This document shows positions 29,201-36,445 of a stretch of DNA of 64,000 bases, one piece after another. The stretch is from an uncultured Anaerolineae bacterium. Its GTDB lineage: Bacteria > Chloroflexota > Anaerolineae > SSC4 > Amarolineaceae. The notes beneath the pieces are model-generated. The model made no database searches. It had not been told where the DNA came from and saw only the letters and a list, made by a program, of their open reading frames with translations. Position 1 is the stretch's first letter. The number at the start of each line of letters is the position of its first letter. A program made the position numbers and the translations under genes. Where the stretch lies: assembly GCA_964580725.1 (NCBI GenBank), contig CAZOLV010000002.1, positions 24,577-88,576 on the forward strand, written 5' to 3'.

Positions 29201-30789
29201 GGCGTGTTGACCTCGGCGTTTTCGGCGTCTCTGGCGGCGGCTGGCGGCCGCGCCCTGGCAGGTTTTTGACGCAACATGCCGTTTTCGTCCAGATCGAACA
29301 GCCAGCGGCGGATGGGGCGCAGGCGCTTGTGGAAGGTCAGCATGGCGACGGCCGCTTCCAGTTCGCGCGTGCTGAAGGTGCGCAGTAGCAGGGTGGCAGC
29401 CGCAAAGACCAGCAAGGCGCCGGCGCTGGCCAGGATGATCGAAAATGCGCCCAGCGCGGCAAAGACGGCGACAGTCAGACCGCTGGCGGCGCCGAGCTTG
29501 ACGACAAACAGGCCCATCTCGCGCCGATCAAGATAGGGCAGTAGGGCAATGGTGCTGGCGACGAAGACCAGACCTTCGGCCAGCATGATCCCGTAGGCGA
29601 CGCCCATCGCCTGGTAGCGGGGGATGAGGAAGAGGGCGGTGACGGCGGCGCTGATGACAAAACCGGCGCCCAGGCCGGCCGCTACCACCCACTGTCGCCC
29701 AACCGCCAGCAGGGCCGCTTCGTAGAACTGGTTGGAGAAGGTGAAGAGGGTGATCCAACCGAAGACGGCCAGGATGGGAGCGGCGGCGGCCAGGTCAGCG
29801 CCGAACAGCAGGCGGGTGATCGGCTGCGCCAGGAGGGTCATCGTCAGGGCCAGCAGGAAGCTCAGGGTCACGAAGAGCTTGAGCGATTTGCCCAGGGTCT
29901 CTTGAAACTTGCGCGGTTCCTGGCGCGCCTGTTGCGCAAAGACCGGCAGGATGGCGCCGATGAGCGAAGCGGGGACGATGCGCAGTTGTTCGACGATGCG
30001 GATGGGGCCGTAGAGCAGGCCGGCCGCCAGGTCGCCCTGGCCCGGCGCTTTGGCGTTGAGGATGCTGGTCAGCAGGACGATGCCGCCGCGCCAGATGAAG
30101 CGGCGCACGAACATGTTGAAGCCGAGCGGGAACGACTCTTTGAGCAGGTACCACATGCTGCGCCACTCGCGACTGATCGCTTCGGCCAAGAAGTGGCGGC
30201 GGCAGAGGTACCAACCCGCCAGCAGGCGCACGAAGTTGGCCAGCAGGCGCATACCGAAAAGCCCGGCCAGGCCCCAGTCGAGTCGAATGGCGACGTAGGC
30301 CAACAGCAGGATGAGCGCCTGCCCGAAGACGACGGTGAAGGCCTGATATTGCATGCGCTGATAGGCGCGGAAGACGGCGGTGAAGACTTCTGTCAGATTG
30401 AAGAGCACCTGGCCGAAGGCGAAGAAGAGGATGGCCCACCAGAGTTGGGGATCGCTGTAGTTGCCCTGGGCGGCCAGGAGCACGACGCCCATCATGACGG
30501 CGGAGAGGAGCAGCCGCGCTGTCCAGACGCCGGCCAGGTGCTGGCGGGCGTTGGCGGGGTCGCTGGCCACCTCACGCACGAGCACGCGGGAGTTGCTCAG
30601 TTCGGTGAGCATGATGAAAAGCTCGATGAAAGAGATGACGTAAGCGTAGCGCCCGAAGCCGGCCTGTCCCAGGTAGCGCGCAGCCAGCGACAAGAGCGCC
30701 AGGCTGAGCACCGCTTCGATGCCGTAGGCCATCAACAGATAACCCGAATTGACCGCAATCCGCCGCGGCCGTTGATCCATGACTGTCAT
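29197..30789 (-). CDS. Wzx-type oligosaccharide flippase
   Basis: RIAVNS...AARYLGQAGFGRY, roughly 12-14 TM segments, located in a glycan cluster. Confidence 0.85.
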   Translation of the reverse strand: MTVMDQRPRRIAVNSGYLLMAYGIEAVLSLALLSLAARYLGQAGFGRYAYVISFIELFIMLTELSNSRVLVREVASDPANARQHLAGVWTARLLLSAVMMGVVLLAAQGNYSDPQLWWAILFFAFGQVLFNLTEVFTAVFRAYQRMQYQAFTVVFGQALILLLAYVAIRLDWGLAGLFGMRLLANFVRLLAGWYLCRRHFLAEAISREWRSMWYLLKESFPLGFNMFVRRFIWRGGIVLLTSILNAKAPGQGDLAAGLLYGPIRIVEQLRIVPASLIGAILPVFAQQARQEPRKFQETLGKSLKLFVTLSFLLALTMTLLAQPITRLLFGADLAAAAPILAVFGWITLFTFSNQFYEAALLAVGRQWVVAAGLGAGFVISAAVTALFLIPRYQAMGVAYGIMLAEGLVFVASTIALLPYLDRREMGLFVVKLGAASGLTVAVFAALGAFSIILASAGALLVFAAATLLLRTFSTRELEAAVAMLTFHKRLRPIRRWLFDLDENGMLRQKPARARPPAAARDAENAEVNTP

Positions 30790-30813
30790 GTGTAAGTTTC
30801 CATCGCGATAGAT

Positions 30814-31344
30814 TCAACCAACCGAAAACAGGGGCATCTGCCGCACAGGACGTTCGATCCTCGGCTCGACCCGGCCGGCGCGCCACTCATAGTGCCCATT
30901 CAACGCACGCACAGCTTGACTCTGGAACGTGAATACCTCTCCAGACTGCGCTCTGGCGACCAGGCGTTTGACGTCCAAAATGGCCTGTCGTTTCGAATGG
31001 GGGCCAACCCAGGCCGGATAGGGCAGGCGCTCGAAGTCTTTGCTCTGGATATTTCTCGTATGATTGATGACTTCTTTCAAGATACGGCTGCAGAGGTCTG
31101 TCAGCGCCCAGCCGAGGATGAAGAAGAGTTCGTCATGTTCGACGCCGCCCCGCAAGAAGGCGCAGGGCGCGCCGCTGTCCAGGATGTAGCCTGGCGGCAG
31201 GTAGCGTGCATAGAGCCGCGGAGCAATCAACGACCACGAAAGACCCTCGCGGCCAAAGAACTTCATGCCGCCAACCCCGTGAAGATATCAGTTTCCAGTC
31301 TTCTTGAACGTGTAGACATACTCCCCGTCGTCGCGCCAGAACTT
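30814..31344 (-). pseudogene. C-terminal remnant of an adenine DNA methyltransferase/type IIG-like specificity region
   Basis: FWRDDGEYVYTFKKTGN*YLHGVGGMKFFGREGLSWSLIAPRLYARYLPPGYILD...FERLPYP resembles target-recognition regions. In-frame TGA at 31288-31290; no N-terminal MTase motifs. Confidence 0.6.
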
Positions 31345-31383
31345 TTACATGCGCTCCGATTGCAGGTTCGGTCGCACACGGCG

Positions 31384-31476
31384 GCCTAACGACCCGCGGT
31401 TCAGTCGCCGCCGGGTGGACGAAAAGCGACTCGCGACCGCGCGCGATAGGCGGTCGCCTGGAAGCGCCTGTTAGGC
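31384..31476 (-). mobile_element. Integron attC-like recombination site
   Basis: Minus strand: GCCTAAC-AGGCG-CTTCCAGG-CGACCGCC...GGCGGCG-ACTGAAC-CGCGGGTC-GTTAGGC, matching RYYYAAC...GTTRRRY over 93 bp. The higA stop codon lies inside the first box. Confidence 0.8.
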
Positions 31477-31791
31477 AGACACAGGCGACAACGCCGCGCC
31501 ACTGAACACGCGCACCTCTTGCTCCAAACGTCCTTCAAGGCGATCTTTCTCCACCTCCAGATCGTAACGCACCTGGAGATTCAGCCAGTACCGCTCGGAC
31601 AGCCCAAAATAGCGGGAGAGCCGCAGAGCTGTATCGGCGCTGATGGCGCGCTTGCCATGCACAATTTCGTTGATGCGGCGGGGATGGACGCCGATGTCCT
31701 GCGCCAGCCGGTATTGGCTGATGCCAAACGGCTTCAGAAACTCCTCCAACAGAATCTCGCCGGGATGTACAGGCGCAAACTTGGTGTACAT
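31471..31791 (-). CDS. higA: HigA family antitoxin (XRE HTH)
   Basis: PVHPGEILLEEFLKP.GISQYRLA..IGV..RRINEIVHGKRAISADTALRLSRYFG.S..YWLNLQ..YDL. Confidence 0.95.
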   Translation of the reverse strand: MYTKFAPVHPGEILLEEFLKPFGISQYRLAQDIGVHPRRINEIVHGKRAISADTALRLSRYFGLSERYWLNLQVRYDLEVEKDRLEGRLEQEVRVFSGAALSPVSA

Positions 31792-31810
31792 GGTCCTAAT
31801 CCTCTCACGC

Positions 31811-32092
31811 TCAATGATAGTCCGTCACTTCAACATCGTAGGCGTCTCCATCCTGCCAACGAAAGCAAACGCGCCACTGGTTGTTGATACGAATGCTATG
31901 TTGTCCTGCACGATCGCCCGACAGTCGTTCCAGGCGATTAGCAGGCGGGATGCGCAGATCGTCCAACCGTTCGGCAACATCAAGCTGGACCAACTTGCGC
32001 CAGGCAAGACGATGTAGTTCAGGGGGAAAATGGCGCAAGAGCTGGCGCTGGAAAAGTCGCTCGGTGTCCTTGTCATAGAAGGACTTGATCAT
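31811..32092 (-). CDS. higB: HigB family toxin (RelE/ParE superfamily)
   Basis: MIKSF.DKDTERLF, DLRIPPANRLERLSGDRAGQHSIRINNQWRVCFRW, VEVTDYH; toxin-first gene order. Confidence 0.95.
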   Translation of the reverse strand: MIKSFYDKDTERLFQRQLLRHFPPELHRLAWRKLVQLDVAERLDDLRIPPANRLERLSGDRAGQHSIRINNQWRVCFRWQDGDAYDVEVTDYH

Positions 32093-32098
32093 AGCTCA

Positions 32099-32127
32099 AT
32101 CATAACGCAAAACGTTATGGTTTACAA
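32099..32127 (-). promoter_or_regulatory. higBA promoter with overlapping palindromic operator
   Basis: Minus strand TTGTAA-17 bp-TATGAT, 6 nt before the ATG; perfect inverted repeat CATAACG-CAAAA-CGTTATG at 32101-32119. Confidence 0.8.
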
Positions 32128-32199
32128 GTTACGACTGCGAGGAAACAAGGTTCGGTCAACCGCTGAGGCTGTGCCGGACAGGCTCTTGCCATCGGACGC

Positions 32200-32222
32200 G
32201 CCTAACAATAAAATAGACCGAC
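32200..32222 (-). mobile_element. Right half of a second attC-like site (GTTAGGC core)
   Basis: Minus strand CGGTCTATTTTATT-GTTAGGC upstream of higB; no matching left arm found. Confidence 0.5.
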
Positions 32223-32630
32223 GGCGTGATCCCTTCGGCGGCAATTTTTTAGTTTGACGATCAGAAGATAGTAGGAATCAATGCGCCGCGCCATGACCGC
32301 GCCCAACACCTTCTTGAGAGAAACCAAATTCGGCTGGCCTTCCGAGCCAACGATCTCCACTTTGACATTGACAGGATGATAAATACCGCGATCGTACAGC
32401 CACACATCCCCCATGCTGCGCGATCTTTGCCGGCCGTGGGCGTCGCGCTGATGACTCGTGAGGTGATCGAGCGTTACAAGAGCGGTCGTTTTTTCGTCAA
32501 CCGGGTCGGCGAGTCTGTGACCGATCTCTTTGCCCTGTGCGATCGCGATGATCTCCGGCTTTTGTACTTCGCACCGCCAATAGGCAAGCGTTTGGGTATT
32601 GACTGTTGCGATCATGCTGTCCGATAGCAT
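32202..32630 (-). pseudogene. Probably C-terminally truncated hypothetical gene, restriction-endonuclease-like
   Basis: RBS GAGG before ATG 32630; SMGDVWL...PVNVK...GQPNLVSLKK is reminiscent of PD-(D/E)XK enzymes; the reading frame runs into the half attC site. Confidence 0.45.
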
Positions 32631-32646
32631 GGGTGTTTCCTCATTT

Positions 32647-32709
32647 GGTATCATCTCAATAATTCGGGGCAAAGACCTGTCAGGTTTCCTTACTGATTGA
32701 GATGATACC
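32647..32709. mobile_element. Miniature inverted-repeat element (MITE), copy 2
   Basis: Perfect 14-bp terminal inverted repeat GGTATCATCTCAAT / ATTGAGATGATACC flanked by the direct repeat TCATTT (32641-32646, 32710-32715). Confidence 0.88.
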
Positions 32710-32749
32710 TCATTTGATCCGACCACTCTGCGCGCCGGCGTGCTCCACA

Positions 32750-34528
32750 TCAGCTCCAATAGCGAGGCAGGAGCACGCCAAAGAAGGCGTACAGGTCGAG
32801 GGCGACGAAGCCGAGCAGGAACCAACGACCGGCCCGCGCCAGCCGCCAGCGCCGGCTCCAGAAACGCAGTCCGACCGCCAACAAGAGCATGAACGGCGCG
32901 ACGGCGGGCAGCAGGTAGCGCCCCTGCGGTTGCCAGTCGAACCAGATGACCGGCGCCGCCGTCAACGCCAGCGCCAGCAGCGCCGCCGTCAAACTCCAAC
33001 CCGCCGCCTGAGCCGCGCTGTCCCACGGATGCCGCCGCAGCTCGCCAATCAGGCCGGCCAGTGCAAGCAGGCAAACCAGCGCCAGCGCCGCATAGGCCGA
33101 CAGCGCCAGCGGAACCTGCAACCAGCCAAAGTTGCCCCAAAAACCGGGGAAGAGCAGCGCCAGGTAGAGCAGCGCCCGCGCCCCGTTGGCCGAACCGGTC
33201 TGCGTCATGGCGGCCCAGGTGCGTCGCACCGGCTCGCGCCAGGGTTGCGCCGCCAACTGTCCCCAGGTCAACGCCGTCTCGAAATCGCCGTTCTGCAGCA
33301 GGTTGACCGGCGCTAACACGCGCACGCCATCCACCCACAGCCGGCCTGTTTCGGTTACATTGACGCCGGGGCCAGGCGCCAGCCCGATCAATACCTGGGT
33401 CGTCGTCAGGCTGACCGTGCGCGTAACTTCGAGCCAGCGCCACGCAACGCCCACCTCCGCCGTCGTGCGGTCCAGACCGGCGTCATCCTTGATCGTCAGG
33501 CGCACCGTTTGCACGCCATGCGGACTGCGCAGCCAGGCGCCCAGGTGGATGCGCTCTGCGCGCAGCGGTTCGGCAGGCAGCGGCTGCGTCAGACGGCCAA
33601 AGTCGCCCACGTCGTCATCGCGCACGACCATGCCCCAACGCCCATCATGCGCCGCCTGCGCCGCCAACCCGCCGCCCCACGGCTGTCCACGTCCGCCCCA
33701 GGCGGCCGGTTGCCGGCTGGGCCAGAGCGCCAGCGTGCCGCTCGCCGCCAGCAGCAGCAGCAAAACCTGACGTTGGCGCAGCGTCCCCCGCACACCCCAC
33801 TGCCAGGCCAGGGCCAACAGCGCCAGCGGCAGCGTGAAAAGCGCCGTTTTCTTGATCCACGCGGCGACCAGGGCCAGGAGCAGCGCGGCGATGCCCCAGC
33901 GCAGGCGTCTGGCGTCGGGTAGAGACAGCAGCGAACGCAGCAGGCAGCCAAACATCAGCGTCGCCGCCAGTGTCGCCGCACTGTCGTTGTTGACGCCGCC
34001 GGCCAGAAAGGCCAACATCGGCAGGCCGGCCACAGCGGCGGTCGTCGCCAAGCGCAGCGAGCGCGGGAGGGGCGCCGCCGCCCACCACTGCGCCAGCGTC
34101 GCCAGCGCAAAAAAGAACCCCGACGCCAGCCGCATCAGGCGAACCTGGAGAGCCAACGCCAGGGGCAGCCGGCAGATCGCAGCGGGCAGCCAATAGGAAA
34201 TGCTTGCTTCGTCGCCCACCTGCCGGCCCGCGTTGCGCAGGAAGGGATCGTCAGCGAAACGAGCGGGCAGCGGATCGGGCGTTGACTGGCGCACCTGGCG
34301 CCAGAAATCGGCGGCGGCCAGCGATTCCAGAATGCGCCGCTGCAGCGCCGGGTCTTCGTCGCCTGCTCGCAAGGTGAGGCCGCGCTGCGCCAACAAACAG
34401 GCCAGTTCGACATGCGCCGGTTCGTCGGGCGTTTGCCAAAGCGGCGTTGCGGCGTCGAAGGCCAGACTGTGTAGCACGGCCCAGAGCAGCAGCCAACGCG
34501 GGGCGCGGTCAGTGAGCGCTGCTGACAC
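32750..34528 (-). CDS. DUF2142-like GT-C-type membrane protein with an inserted carbohydrate-binding-like domain
   Basis: TPLWQTPDEPAH, GGVNND, NLLQNGDFE, FWGNFGW, QPQGRYLLP. Confidence 0.72.
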   Translation of the reverse strand: MSAALTDRAPRWLLLWAVLHSLAFDAATPLWQTPDEPAHVELACLLAQRGLTLRAGDEDPALQRRILESLAAADFWRQVRQSTPDPLPARFADDPFLRNAGRQVGDEASISYWLPAAICRLPLALALQVRLMRLASGFFFALATLAQWWAAAPLPRSLRLATTAAVAGLPMLAFLAGGVNNDSAATLAATLMFGCLLRSLLSLPDARRLRWGIAALLLALVAAWIKKTALFTLPLALLALAWQWGVRGTLRQRQVLLLLLAASGTLALWPSRQPAAWGGRGQPWGGGLAAQAAHDGRWGMVVRDDDVGDFGRLTQPLPAEPLRAERIHLGAWLRSPHGVQTVRLTIKDDAGLDRTTAEVGVAWRWLEVTRTVSLTTTQVLIGLAPGPGVNVTETGRLWVDGVRVLAPVNLLQNGDFETALTWGQLAAQPWREPVRRTWAAMTQTGSANGARALLYLALLFPGFWGNFGWLQVPLALSAYAALALVCLLALAGLIGELRRHPWDSAAQAAGWSLTAALLALALTAAPVIWFDWQPQGRYLLPAVAPFMLLLAVGLRFWSRRWRLARAGRWFLLGFVALDLYAFFGVLLPRYWS

Positions 34529-35702
34529 CAGGCGCCTGCGATCGCCGGCCCAAAACGAAATCCCACAACAGCGCCAGCCAGACGCCGGCGATCAGTCCGG
34601 CGACGCTGGCGATAGCCAGGCGCAGCAGAACCGACCATGTGCGCGAGGCCAGGGCCGCATCGGCGCGTTCGAGGATGTCGAGCGCTAACGGGTCAATGGG
34701 GGACTGATACTCGATCTCGGTCAGTTGGCGACGGACGGCCAGGTAAGGGTCGGCGGCCAGATTGCGCTGCTGGATCAGTTGATAGAGTTCTGTGTCTTCG
34801 CGGGCCAGTTTGGCTTGCAGTGCGAGAACCGCGCTTTGGAACCAGTCAACCGATTCTTGCAGGAGCCTGGCCTCGCTCTGCAGCCGGGTCTGCCAGGCCG
34901 CCAGGTCGTCGAAGGCGGGCGCGGCGCCGAGCGCCGCGGCGCGTTCCTGCAAGATGCTGTGGGCGAGCATTTCCCAGGAGATGGCGCTGGCGACGCGCTG
35001 ACCGGTTTGCACCTGGCCGATCTGTGCGAGCAGGCGATTGACGATGTCGAGCGCCACCTGGTAATTGGCCAGCAGGGTCGCAGTTGCTTCGAGCTGCTTC
35101 TGATCTGGCTCCAGGCCGGCCGCCTCGGTGATCGTGGAGTCGCTCACAGCCTGGCCGGTGACAGCCTTGAAGTCTTCCAGGGCTTTCTGCTGCGCATCGA
35201 GCCGCGTCTTGAACGTATCGCCGAGCGCGCTGATCTCTTGATACATCAGGTCGGTGCCGTACTCCTCGGCAACCACTCTCTGCAGCGCCTCGGCCCAGGC
35301 ATTGGCCAGCTCGGCGGCTGCTTCAGCGGTGGGGCCAGAGGCGTCGAGCAGGATACGGTCGGTCAAGTCGGCGCGCAGCGAGACGCGCGCCAGGAGGTCG
35401 TTATCCACGGTCAGGCCCAGGGCAGGCGCCACACGTTCGGCCACAGTGTTGGTCTGACCGAGCAGCATGAATTCGCGTCGCCAATCGCGCCGCGTGTCAA
35501 TGATGCGCTGTATGGCAGGGTCAATGTTCCACTGGAATTGAGGAACTCGTACCCGCAGCACGGCGCGGGCCTGGTAGGTGGGAGGGCGCAGCAGGCTGTA
35601 GGCAAAGGTCAGGCCGGCCACGGCGACGACGACCAGGACGATCAACAGCCAATGGCGGCGCAGCGTCTGCAGGAGATTGGCCAAATTCAGTTCTTGGGTC
35701 AT
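34509..35702 (-). CDS. Wzz/polysaccharide co-polymerase-like chain length determinant
   Basis: ELNLANLLQTLRRHWLLI...PPTYQARA; coiled-coil middle; C-terminal TM helix. Confidence 0.8.
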   Translation of the reverse strand: MTQELNLANLLQTLRRHWLLIVLVVVAVAGLTFAYSLLRPPTYQARAVLRVRVPQFQWNIDPAIQRIIDTRRDWRREFMLLGQTNTVAERVAPALGLTVDNDLLARVSLRADLTDRILLDASGPTAEAAAELANAWAEALQRVVAEEYGTDLMYQEISALGDTFKTRLDAQQKALEDFKAVTGQAVSDSTITEAAGLEPDQKQLEATATLLANYQVALDIVNRLLAQIGQVQTGQRVASAISWEMLAHSILQERAAALGAAPAFDDLAAWQTRLQSEARLLQESVDWFQSAVLALQAKLAREDTELYQLIQQRNLAADPYLAVRRQLTEIEYQSPIDPLALDILERADAALASRTWSVLLRLAIASVAGLIAGVWLALLWDFVLGRRSQAPGVSSAH

Positions 35703-35779
35703 GACTCACTCGCTCCGGGTCTGTCATGGTTGGGCCGCACGTCAGATTGACGGCCCGACAGGGTTCGGACGCGGCAGCG

Positions 35780-35808
35780 ATTATAACACCCAGGCAACGA
35801 TGGGGCAA
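35780..35808 (-). promoter_or_regulatory. Sigma70-type promoter of the glycan operon
   Basis: Minus strand TTGCCC-17 bp-TATAAT with a TG extension. Confidence 0.65.
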
Positions 35809-35842
35809 ACTGCGTAGCAGTTCCAAATGTAGCACATATTCA

Positions 35843-35927
35843 ACCACAGAGAACACAAAGAACACAAAGAAATGACAGATCAGACGCAAATTGGTGGCTT
35901 CTCTGCGTTCTTTGTGATCTCTGTGGT
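35843..35927. repeat. REP-like imperfect palindrome
   Basis: ACCACAGAGAACACAAAGAAC ... GTTCTTTGTGATCTCTGTGGT. Confidence 0.75.
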
Positions 35928-36040
35928 CAAAAACCCGGTCACATTTGGAATTCCTGCAAACTGCGGGAGTCTGCGTCCCCAACGCGATCAGCGTAATCGT
36001 CGGCCTCATGCTCCAACGACTACGACGAGAGGTTGAGCGC

Positions 36041-36117
36041 GGGCGCGGGGAGTGCGGTGATGTGCGGGCGCAGGTGAGGATTTCAACGCAAGGGCGCCAG
36101 GTGGCCAGGGCGCAAGG
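36041..36117 (+). repeat. Imperfect direct repeat, copy A (copy B at 48431-48501)
   Basis: GGGCGCGGGGA...TGATGTGCGGGCGCAGGTGAGGATTTCAACGCAAGGGCGC...GGCCAGGGCGCAAGG. Confidence 0.75.
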
Positions 36118-36164
36118 AGTCAGGAGGATGACGGAGCGGGGGGTAATGTGCGGGCGCACTGGTC

Positions 36165-36410
36165 ACACTTCATGATCGTCGTGCTGCTGCCGGATGTCGT
36201 CTTCTCGTAGGTGGCGCCGATATAGACGGTTGTGCTGCTGCCCATCACCGCCGTCAATCGGTTGCCATCCGCATCGTAGGACCTGCCCTGAGCTCAGCCG
36301 AACGGTGTAACTGGCCAGCACCGTACTTCCCTGCTTCACCTGCTGCAAGCGGTTCTCGGCGTCCCTTCGACTGCGCTCAGGGTAAACTCCGACCAGGGTG
36401 GAGGTTGACA
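36165..36410 (-). pseudogene. RHS/YD-repeat gene fragment interrupted by two short palindromic insertions
   Basis: STSTLV-[insert]-DAENRLQQVKQGSTVLASYT-[25-nt insert]-YDADGNRLTAVMGSSTTVYIGATYEKTTSGSSTIMK. Confidence 0.7.
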
Positions 36411-36445
36411 GAATCGTCCTCTTACAGAGCGGCGGACAGCTCCGT

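Noticed and set aside
25005..29269. Long plus-strand ORFs (652 aa and 636 aa), and similar ones at 17827, 18944, 23395, 38726, 44176 and 58477
   Set aside because: Antisense shadows of well-supported minus-strand genes in GC-rich DNA; no recognisable motifs.
32202..33443. 413-aa minus-strand ORF as a single gene
   Set aside because: Its 5' part is an alternative frame of the DUF2142-like gene and runs through the MITE; only 32202-32630 looks like real coding sequence.
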